Shown here: positions 55,713-64,000 of the stretch, one piece after another
Layout of the letters: every line of letters starts with the position of its first letter
Numbering within the stretch: the first letter of the stretch is position 1
Assembly (NCBI GenBank): GCA_009859145.1
Contig: VRVR01000019.1
Coordinates: 133,290-197,289, forward strand
DNA from: Andalucia godoyi And28
Lineage: Eukaryota > Protista > Jakobida
Reading direction: 5' to 3'
Length of the DNA: 64,000 nucleotides
Program-made: the position numbers and the translations under genes
Notes under the pieces: generated by a model
What the model was told of the DNA's origin: nothing
Database searches by the model: none
Seen by the model: the letters and a program-made list of their open reading frames with translations, nothing else

Positions 55713-55907
55713 GAGGGTTATACAGTAAACTGCTGCATCATAGACTCGTGATGAACGACGGCAACGCCCCCATTCGTCGTTCGTCATTCGACAGCCCGTT
55801 TTCCTGCCGTAGTCTGCTTCTGTGATGCATCAAAACAGTGTCTGCAACCTGTTTTTAATTTAAAAAATATGAATATTAATGCAGGTTGTTAGGGGACACC
55901 CATTTCA

Positions 55908-57269
55908 ATGGCGGAACGGATTGTGTGCAACACGCTTCACGAATGGTTTCCGTCATTGCAGTCGCGCGTTAGTGTGGCCCAGTTGCTGGTTTCCGAGAGC
56001 TCGTCCGCATCGCACTCGCTCTACGTGACGATTTTCAGCGAGATCTACGCATCGCAGTTACGGCCGTTCCTGTTGGAGGCAAGAGCACAGCGGTCGGTTC
56101 TCATCTTGCAAAATGCACGGCCTGCACGCATTGCAGCGTTCGACGAGCTGTTTCGCATGCGCTTCGTGGAAAAGGTAAAGGAGCTTGCGAACATGCCACG
56201 CGCGCCGTCGCTCTTTCACATCCTATCAGCCATTTGCAAACAACGTCGCAGCGCTCTGCAGCACCAGCACCAACAGCACAAAAAAATTGAAGCGGAGAGC
56301 GGAGAGAAGACGGAGGAGCAGGAGGAAGAGAAAAAAAATTGGAGCTGTGCTACAAAATCATCTCGTCCGGCTTCTTCGACATCGTCAGGCGCTCGTATTC
56401 TACTGGAGCTGCGACTTTTGCAGTCAGACGATGGATCGCAAGAATTAGAGGATGAAGATCGAGAAGATCCGCTTGGCTTGGTGCAATTCCTTGCGTTTGA
56501 GCAGGATGCGCTGGAGAGCTTGCTTCGGCGGAAGTTGCCGCAATCTGGGACCCGCTTGTCGCTGGGACGCATGAGTCGACTGATTACTCGATTCGTAGAC
56601 CAGAATTCGCAGTTGCAGCGCCATCTGTGCACGATGCACAGAGAAGCAGAGATGGTGCCTTCACACAGCGGACGCAGCTGCACCTCGGGTGAAGAGGGAG
56701 ATGTTGCAAATATTATGAATCGTGTGTATCGCACGCTGCTGCATCTTTTGAGCACGCTCGAAACAACTTTGGAGTTCCTATCAACTGCTAGCTTGTCTCT
56801 CGCTGCGACATCGCCATCGCCATCGCCATCGCCATCGCCATCAAGACTGTCAGCGCTCTGTAGGGCGGTACCATCACCAGCCGAAAGCATGGTCCGGTCA
56901 CATGCGACAAGCCGACTGTCCTGTGCTCTGCAGAGGATCCTAGATTCACATGTCACCGAAGACGTACTGGACTCTCTGTCGCAGCTTGCCTCTGTTTCTT
57001 CTCTTCACCCACGTCACCTGCAACCACCATATTTATCGTTTGCGTCGCCCTGTCCACGATCCATGTCCTCGCCGCTGCCGACGTTGCCCCCACTGCAGAC
57101 CGAAAGCGCAGATGAGAGCGCAGACGCAGACGTGAGTGAATATCAAAGGCTTGCCAAGATAGCCCAATCCATCATTGCGTCCTTTGAATCTTTGCAGCGC
57201 GATTCGACCGCCGAGTCTCTCTCTGCATTTTGCACTCTCCTCGCAAATCTCGATGGCAGCAACCCGTAG
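55908..57269 (+). CDS. Hypothetical, mostly alpha-helical protein (453 aa)
   Basis: Long ATG-initiated ORF, Leu/Ser-rich, with an SPSPSP repeat. No family recognised. Confidence 0.65.
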   Translation: MAERIVCNTLHEWFPSLQSRVSVAQLLVSESSSASHSLYVTIFSEIYASQLRPFLLEARAQRSVLILQNARPARIAAFDELFRMRFVEKVKELANMPRAPSLFHILSAICKQRRSALQHQHQQHKKIEAESGEKTEEQEEEKKNWSCATKSSRPASSTSSGARILLELRLLQSDDGSQELEDEDREDPLGLVQFLAFEQDALESLLRRKLPQSGTRLSLGRMSRLITRFVDQNSQLQRHLCTMHREAEMVPSHSGRSCTSGEEGDVANIMNRVYRTLLHLLSTLETTLEFLSTASLSLAATSPSPSPSPSPSRLSALCRAVPSPAESMVRSHATSRLSCALQRILDSHVTEDVLDSLSQLASVSSLHPRHLQPPYLSFASPCPRSMSSPLPTLPPLQTESADESADADVSEYQRLAKIAQSIIASFESLQRDSTAESLSAFCTLLANLDGSNP

Positions 57270-57551
57270 GTCGGTGGCTTTTGAACTTCGAAAAAGATGC
57301 CACATATGTACATAAGGCTGTATGGTTGACTGTTATTAAACTTCTTTTTTTTTTTTACTTGACGAGTATGAGAAAAAAAACCGGAAAATGAGAAGACGTT
57401 TGTAATTATCACGAGCACAGACATTGAAAACACACAGACACACGCAAACATGTAATAGAAGAAGAAAATCGAGAGTAAGAGAGTGAGAGGAAAATATCGA
57501 ATCAGCAAAAATGAAAACACGGAAAAAATTACAGCGCAGCGGTTTGTCATT

Positions 57552-60500
57552 TTAGGATCGTCGGACGTCAGGATGCTCGACGCGTCCCTGGTGAGCCGAG
57601 TCTCGGATTGCGGACTCGGAATCCTGATGGACAAGTTTCTGGTCGCCCGGACCAAGATCTGGGTGCTGGGTGGTCGGGGACCTTGGCGAGCCGTCTTCAG
57701 AGCCAACTCGCTTGTGCGGTTGCGCCTGCGGTACAGAAAGGTACGTTTGTCCGTCAGCAGACTGGAGCCAGGACGCATAGGCGCCCTTTGATGTCGGATT
57801 GAGATGCGGGTTAGGGTCTGCACCTGCAGCATCGACCTGTTCCCAATACCTCTTGTTTGCGACGAGTTGTTCAAAGCAAAATGTAAAAGACTTGTCAAAG
57901 TTTGCAAGCGCCTCGAACAGCGGCAGGGTGATGAAGTTTGCGAATCCGATCTGGCACTTTGCAAACTTTGTGTCACGTGAGCAGAACGGTGAGATCGATA
58001 GTCCAATCTTGGTTTCGTGGTCTCCCTGCTTGAAAAACTCCTCCATGATGCGGTCTGTCCATTGCAGATAAAGCGGCTGGACCTTTGCAATATTGGAGAC
58101 ATCCGACGCCTTGATGAAGATCGAGAGCATGAGCTTCATTTCCTCGGGCGTCTTCGGCTTGAATTTCTCTCCGCTAGGCCGCACCAACTGGGTCTGGTAC
58201 TTTCCGAGGTACTCAAAGTGTCGCCCAAGATCTGTTGCAAGAATCAAGGTGATGATAATGTCTCGGATCTGGAGTCGTGTTTCCATGGGCAAGTCATCAA
58301 TGAAGTTATTCTCCGCCTTGAGCAGCAGCGCAAATGTTGTTGAGCAGTGATGCATCTCGAGCACCGCCTGATTGGAATACAACAAGGCAAGTGGAGACAT
58401 TGTCTTGATCTGGAATGGGTTTGCCAAACCGGGATGGTCTACATCGTGCGCCACGGTTGCGATAATCACCGCAAGAATCTCGATATCCGACAACAATTCC
58501 CGGAACCCGCCGTGCTCCAGGAAGAAGATGGTCGACTGAAGCACATCGGCTGCATGCGTCGAATTGTGGTATGGATTGTCGGCATGATAGTGAGCCTCGA
58601 CATCCGTGAAAAAGTTCTTTGCTCGAACCTCGGAGATCGACAGGCGATCAAAGAGACCATACTTGTACATGCACCCCAGCGCCATTGCATACAACGGCCG
58701 CCCATTCGCGCGACGAGCGAAGTCAAACACATCAAAGTCCCATCGCACCAAATTCGCGTCCACCGCAGCAATCAGGGCGCGGGGGTCCACTTCCGGAGCC
58801 GCTCGTGCCAGGGCAGACAGACCATAGGTCATAGCAGGCTCCCCGCCATTAGGATCCGCCGAGACCGACTTACGACGCTTTGCAAACTGCAGGACAGATC
58901 GCACAATTGTCTGCTCACGGGCTTCCTTATCTGCATTCTCATTGCCATTCTCGTCATCATCATCCTCGCTGTTGGCCGGGTTCGACGTCGCAAGTTCCTC
59001 CACCATGTAGCGCAGTGCCTCGTCATCTGTTGCACTGATCGATCGTTGGCTTCCGCCTCCATTTGCATCGCCATTGTTCTTGTTGTTTTTGTTGCGACGA
59101 TTGCGACGGGACCGTTCGAGGAATTCAGGGCGGAAGAAGCGATGCGAAGAAAGAACGTCCTGGACATAGTCAAAGTCCTCGACGGACATCTGCGACCCCT
59201 CAAGGAGCGACGGGTTCTTGAGAGCCTGCGTTCGGAAGTGCATGAACAAATCCACGACTTTGCGGATCGGCAAGACCGTGTCGTCCGCCACAACAGGTGC
59301 CCCTGATCCAGGAACAATTGACCCGCTGACGGAAGCGTTCGCCGAATTTGGTCCACGCGTGCGCATCGTGCGATACGACGACCGAGATCGTGACTGCTGC
59401 AGTCCCGAGTAGGGTGCCGGTATATTCCCCGTCGCACCCGTACCAGTCGTCGCTAGTGAATCCCCGGCATTCGCAGCAGTACCTGGAGCTGAAACGGGTG
59501 CTGGAGCAGCGGCTGCAGCGGTTACAGGTGCTGGTTCGGCCGCGACCTCTGCAGTGCCGTCGGTGCGATACGAGGCTGGATGTGCGATGTTATTTCCCGC
59601 GTCAGCGTTGTTCTCATTATCATTGTCATTGTCTGCATCGTCCACAAGTTGCGAATGGACCACGTCATACATGTCAATCTTGCGCTCGAGGGTGTCGACC
59701 TCAAACTGCAATTCTTCGATGCGGGCTTGCATGGTTCGCCGCTCCTCGTCCTCCATACCTGCCAATGCCGCTCCCACCGCCTGATGCTCGAATTGTGTTG
59801 CGGCATCGTTATTCTTCATTCCAATGTTATTACCACTGCAGCTGTTGTTGTTGCTCTCGTTGAAGGAATCCTCATCATTATACCAGTCGTCCATAATGCT
59901 GTTGCCGTTGCTGTTGTTGTTATTGCCGGAAGAAATGAAGCTTGACTTTTGGTTGTTATTGAAGGAACTGGAAGAGCCGAGGATTCCAAAGTCGTAGATG
60001 GACAGCACGAGTTCGGTAGCGATGCGGCGCGATTCCGCAGGATCGTCGACTCGCGTGAGTTCAATTGAGACGGTCTTCGGTGACAGCGCACAGCAGCAGT
60101 TTGGAGGCCAAGCAAGCACAGATTTCTTCTGGAGAGAAGACGCGCGGAATTCACCGAGCGGGAACTTGACCACAACCGTCTTCATCTCCGCCGTGATGGG
60201 AATACTGCTTCCGGAGGTCCGGAGCTTGTTGGAAGTCGTCGTTGTGGCGTAATTCGCAGCGGGAGCTGACGTGGAAGAAGCTGATTTTGACAGATAGTCC
60301 GCAGACGGTCGCACAAGGAACTTGCCCATTTGGAACGACGCAGCAACAAGGGCGTAAAGCGCTGTCGTGTCCACATACTTGCGGAACATGCCCACATCTG
60401 CTCGCCAAGTCATACACGTCCGCGAATCCGTTACGTAAAAGACATCCATGCGCGGTCGACCGGCTCCACCAGACAGTCCCCCGCCATTCGACATTCCGTA

Positions 60501-60782
60501 CCCCGATCCTGACCCCGATCCCGATCCTGATCCCGAAGAGATCGTCGTCGTCCCATTCTTGGCAGCCGGTGCCTGCACCTGCGATTGCGACTGTTGTTGC
60601 GCCTGTAGCGCTGAAGAGGATCGATCGTTTCGACCATATCCGTAACACAGGTATCGGGTCTGGGCGACATCCCAGTGACCAAACACTGGATTTGGTTTGC
60701 TTAGATCAGGGCTCTGGTCGCCAAACGGATCAAGCGTTGCCACTCCGGCACCAGATGCATCTTTGGAGGCTCCACAACCCAT
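57552..60782 (-). CDS. Class I 3',5'-cyclic nucleotide phosphodiesterase with an MGC acylation motif (1076 aa)
   Basis: YHNSTHAADV, HDVDHPG, LEMHH, ILATDL, IKASDVSN, EEFFKQGD.E, Q.GF..FI..PLF. The likely start is ATG 60782 (MGCGASK), preceded by a TTTACAG acceptor-like site. Confidence 0.95.
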   Translation of the reverse strand: MGCGASKDASGAGVATLDPFGDQSPDLSKPNPVFGHWDVAQTRYLCYGYGRNDRSSSALQAQQQSQSQVQAPAAKNGTTTISSGSGSGSGSGSGYGMSNGGGLSGGAGRPRMDVFYVTDSRTCMTWRADVGMFRKYVDTTALYALVAASFQMGKFLVRPSADYLSKSASSTSAPAANYATTTTSNKLRTSGSSIPITAEMKTVVVKFPLGEFRASSLQKKSVLAWPPNCCCALSPKTVSIELTRVDDPAESRRIATELVLSIYDFGILGSSSSFNNNQKSSFISSGNNNNSNGNSIMDDWYNDEDSFNESNNNSCSGNNIGMKNNDAATQFEHQAVGAALAGMEDEERRTMQARIEELQFEVDTLERKIDMYDVVHSQLVDDADNDNDNENNADAGNNIAHPASYRTDGTAEVAAEPAPVTAAAAAPAPVSAPGTAANAGDSLATTGTGATGNIPAPYSGLQQSRSRSSYRTMRTRGPNSANASVSGSIVPGSGAPVVADDTVLPIRKVVDLFMHFRTQALKNPSLLEGSQMSVEDFDYVQDVLSSHRFFRPEFLERSRRNRRNKNNKNNGDANGGGSQRSISATDDEALRYMVEELATSNPANSEDDDDENGNENADKEAREQTIVRSVLQFAKRRKSVSADPNGGEPAMTYGLSALARAAPEVDPRALIAAVDANLVRWDFDVFDFARRANGRPLYAMALGCMYKYGLFDRLSISEVRAKNFFTDVEAHYHADNPYHNSTHAADVLQSTIFFLEHGGFRELLSDIEILAVIIATVAHDVDHPGLANPFQIKTMSPLALLYSNQAVLEMHHCSTTFALLLKAENNFIDDLPMETRLQIRDIIITLILATDLGRHFEYLGKYQTQLVRPSGEKFKPKTPEEMKLMLSIFIKASDVSNIAKVQPLYLQWTDRIMEEFFKQGDHETKIGLSISPFCSRDTKFAKCQIGFANFITLPLFEALANFDKSFTFCFEQLVANKRYWEQVDAAGADPNPHLNPTSKGAYASWLQSADGQTYLSVPQAQPHKRVGSEDGSPRSPTTQHPDLGPGDQKLVHQDSESAIRDSAHQGRVEHPDVRRS

Positions 60783-62119
60783 CTCTTTCTCGGCGTGTTT
60801 GGACCTGTAAAAGATGAAGCGAATGCTGATGGGTGGGGGGGGGGGGGGGGAAACCAAGGCTGGGAAAGGGAGTGAGAGGAGATCAAAAGAAGAATTGAAG
60901 AAGAAGAGGGATGATGATGAAAAACAATACTAATGACCAAAACCTACAACAAAGACAAAAGGAAAATAAAGAAAATAAAGGCAAAATAAGGAGGATTGAG
61001 CGACACGAGAAACACCAAACACGCTGATCAGAATAGATTTCAAACTGGCAAAACTGCCTCCGAGTGTCTCGAAAAGGAAGGTTCACTGATGGAGAGGAAC
61101 CAAAAACAGACACACGTCACAGGCGCCAACGGATCCAAAAGCAGCAAGGAATGCAAGAATCCCTCACCAGAGTTTCTCGTTTTGGTCTTTTGGGGTGAGA
61201 TGTCTTGTGCGCCAAAAATAGGGAGATCAGCCGACTGAAGAAGGAGTATTTACAGCTGTCCAACACGATCTACAACAAGAAGAAGAAAGGAGAGGGCAAT
61301 GGCGGAGGAGGAATTAAAAGAAGAAGAAGAAGAAGAAGAAGAAGAAGAAAAATGAAGACGGATTGCTTTGATGGAGACAACGAACAAAAAAGAAAACGGA
61401 AGAGTGCTGAGAGAAAAAAGTCGGGAGGAAAAAAGGAAAAAAAGAAAAAGAAAAAGAATCGAAAACGTGCAAAAACCAGCATCAGCCATTGTTCCTCATC
61501 AGCCTGGATGCTTCCTTTTATAGGAGTCGTTGGAACTGAGTCAGCTCGTACCGCACTGCGAGACATGCGAGGTGAACGGATTGCATGTACGAGCTGGAGA
61601 GGATCGATTGGCTAACGCTGGTGTTACCTCCCAAGTGATGAGATGGTTGGATCCGTTATCAGGGCGGATTCAGGGGCGCTCACATTTTCGCCAATCGGCA
61701 AAACTCGTCCTTTTTCGTCCGTTTTGGAGGTTTTGAAAACTGTGAGTCATTCGTACCTGGCTTCCAGCTGTCGTAATACATCTTAAAGTCGTGTCACTCA
61801 TACGATAAGCTGAGGAAATCGTAACGACCTTCGTCGACAATGGGTTTCCCGCCACCTCCACATTTCCTTTTGAGCTTTCTTTCCTTTGGTTTTTTTTTTT
61901 CCAGACTTTCTTCTGTTTCCAATTTTCTTTATGGCAAATTTCCCTTTTGATTCTGGTTTGTTTTGTTTTTTGCTTTTTGCTTTTGTTTTTGTGTTTCGTT
62001 TTGCAATTTTTTTTAAATTTCCGTGAGCTTCCTACACCACTCGACTGACGGAGGAAAAGACAAGAAATTAAGAGAAGAGGAAAGGAAGGTCCCGTTTCGA
62101 ACCGTGTGATTCATAAGCC

Positions 62120-63976
62120 ATGTCCGACGACTATTCATTTTCTCTTTCGGGACCCGCATCTGCATCTGCATCTGCGTCCTTCCCAAACAAACCGCAGATG
62201 CAAGCAAAGCATTCAACATCTCTCTTTGGCAATGCATCATCGTCGTCAGGAACAGGAACTGGAGCGGGAGCGGGGTCGGGGTCGGGGACAGTAGACTCTC
62301 CTCATCGCAGACCGTTGCTGCTGAACAATAGAGCTGGATCGGGACGCGAGATGACGGATCGTCCGGTGATTCTCGGGCTTCAAGGACGCCGAACAGGCTT
62401 GGAAATCGCCCCTTCGTCGATCCAGAAGGACGCAGATGGTCTCGATAGCATCGACGCGTACTTTGAACCAAAGCAATCTCAACCACCATCACAGTCGCAA
62501 TTGCGATCGCAGCCTGCTGGTCTTCACCGGCCACAGCAACAAAAGACAAGGCAGCCATCTGAACAGAAACGGATGATTGCGAAGAGCACCTATTCTGCTG
62601 TGGAAGATGCTCGTGATTCGAACAACCACAACAACTCGGACGAGAATGGTGGAAATAACAATGCGGATAGGGATGGCGGTGATGACGACGACGATGCGGG
62701 GTTCTACCATTTGAATCAGAGCGGTTTTCCGTTTCGGAAGCAAAAAAAGAAGATTGTGTCGCCCGTCATGGGCACGAAGAATTTGATCAAATCTCGGAGT
62801 CCGTCGACTCCACTTGATTTGGTCGCGTCTGCAGCGGAAAAGATGGGCAGCGATTCTCCGGAAATCGCACTGACAAAGACGAAGAAGAAGCCGACGGCGT
62901 CGCGATCGACGTTGGAACAAAACAAGGATGCTGAACAACTTAAAACAGGAAAGGACAGGGACAAGGGACTGCAACGGCTGCCTGCCAAGAGAATGATTTC
63001 CGAGTCGGAAGAAGAGGACGTGATCGACGCGAACGTCTCAGGCACTAGGGACGGACATATTGATGACGATGACTCGTTTCAAATGGTAATGCCAAAAAGG
63101 AAAAAGGAACCAGCCAAAAAACAGAGTGCCAAAACAACAGCAGAAAGGACGGTTGTGCCGCCACCTGCAAAAGCAGCAAAGAAGACGGCAACGGCGAAGC
63201 GAACGGTGGCTGCTCCAAAGCAGCAGCAGAAGAGCCTAGATGTGGACGAATCGTTTTCAGGTGACAACAATGAAGAGGATGCAGATGCGTCGTTTAGGAT
63301 CCCTGTGGAAGACGTGTCCGATGATGACAACATGTCGGGCAGCGATGCTGGCTTCAGGAGGTCCAGACGGCACAGGATCCAGCCGGTGAACTGGTGGAAA
63401 GGGGAGCAGCCTGTGTATGTCAAGGAAGACGCGTCTGGAGTCACGCTCAAGGAAATCATCAAAGCCCCGCCAAGCGATGTCAAGCCGAAGCCAAAGAAGC
63501 GGCCGCAGCGCTCGAGCGGGAACGGAAATGCTTCGAGCGGTTCGTCTAAGATTCAGCTTCCTGCTTCGCGAGATGTGCCAATTGTCGTGCGCAAGAAGGG
63601 CGCAGCGCAGTCGTTCCCGGTGGTTAGTACTTTTGATCACGAATTGGACCAGTTCGTCGAATCCAGTGCAGAGTATAGTCGATCGGCAGTGTTTGAAACA
63701 GGGCACTTTACTTGTGGGTCCCTTATCGTTGCTCGGAATGCCGCATTCTCAAACTCGATGAGTAATGATGCCGATATTGCCGGCAAGCGTTGTGCGTTGG
63801 TTTGCTTCATCCGAGCGGGCGCTGCCCGTGTCACGATCCACGAAACCGCCGTCGAGCTCAACAGAGGCTGCTACTTTATGATTCCACCAAAAAACTCATT
63901 TTCTGTCGAGACGTTGAGCACCTCGTCGTGCGAAATCGTGTATTTTAAGTATGGCGCTTCATCGGAAGAAGCCTAA
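62120..63976 (+). CDS. CENPC: Centromere protein C (CENP-C/Mif2)
   Basis: Mif2-N-like GRRTG...KDADGLDSIDAYF; CENP-C motif RRSRRHRIQPVNWWKGEQPVY (63356-63418); basic/acidic linker; C-terminal cupin (FTCGSLIV...FIRAGAARVTIHE...RGCYFMIPPKNSFSV). Confidence 0.87.
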   Translation: MSDDYSFSLSGPASASASASFPNKPQMQAKHSTSLFGNASSSSGTGTGAGAGSGSGTVDSPHRRPLLLNNRAGSGREMTDRPVILGLQGRRTGLEIAPSSIQKDADGLDSIDAYFEPKQSQPPSQSQLRSQPAGLHRPQQQKTRQPSEQKRMIAKSTYSAVEDARDSNNHNNSDENGGNNNADRDGGDDDDDAGFYHLNQSGFPFRKQKKKIVSPVMGTKNLIKSRSPSTPLDLVASAAEKMGSDSPEIALTKTKKKPTASRSTLEQNKDAEQLKTGKDRDKGLQRLPAKRMISESEEEDVIDANVSGTRDGHIDDDDSFQMVMPKRKKEPAKKQSAKTTAERTVVPPPAKAAKKTATAKRTVAAPKQQQKSLDVDESFSGDNNEEDADASFRIPVEDVSDDDNMSGSDAGFRRSRRHRIQPVNWWKGEQPVYVKEDASGVTLKEIIKAPPSDVKPKPKKRPQRSSGNGNASSGSSKIQLPASRDVPIVVRKKGAAQSFPVVSTFDHELDQFVESSAEYSRSAVFETGHFTCGSLIVARNAAFSNSMSNDADIAGKRCALVCFIRAGAARVTIHETAVELNRGCYFMIPPKNSFSVETLSTSSCEIVYFKYGASSEEA

Positions 63977-64000
63977 TAATAATAATGTTCTCTCTCTCTC

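Overview
Eukaryotic nuclear DNA: gene-dense, intron-poor, standard genetic code, about 24 protein-coding genes on frequently alternating strands, and AT-rich, microsatellite-laden spacers. The organisation suggests a free-living protist; a jakobid such as Andalucia is a guess that the sequence cannot confirm. Recognisable genes in order: STRIP1/Far11, a SWEET transporter, a Groucho/TLE-type corepressor, a kelch protein, gamma-COP, SKP1, RPL19 (one intron), RAMP4/SERP1, NDUFAF3, TMEM94, a PSP1-domain protein, NOP2, GPN1, RICTOR, an LTA4H-type M1 aminopeptidase, an FMC1-like LYR protein, kinesin-8, AMPK-gamma/SNF4, EME1, cysteine synthase, a secreted GH43 glycosidase, a class I phosphodiesterase and CENP-C. 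There are also two orphan ORFs, a hAT transposase remnant and a ~200-bp dispersed repeat in two copies. Best leads: (1) an MGC-acylated phosphodiesterase whose N-terminus resembles an XRCC4/SAS-6-type head plus coiled coil; (2) two apparently separate ORFs that splice in frame through a 47-nt exon into a 964-aa EME1 with a CUE-like N-terminus; (3) a full Groucho/TLE architecture; (4) a TMEM94 with His at the P-type phosphorylation Asp position; (5) a plastic 51-56 kb region. All family assignments come from recalled motifs; no database search was run.
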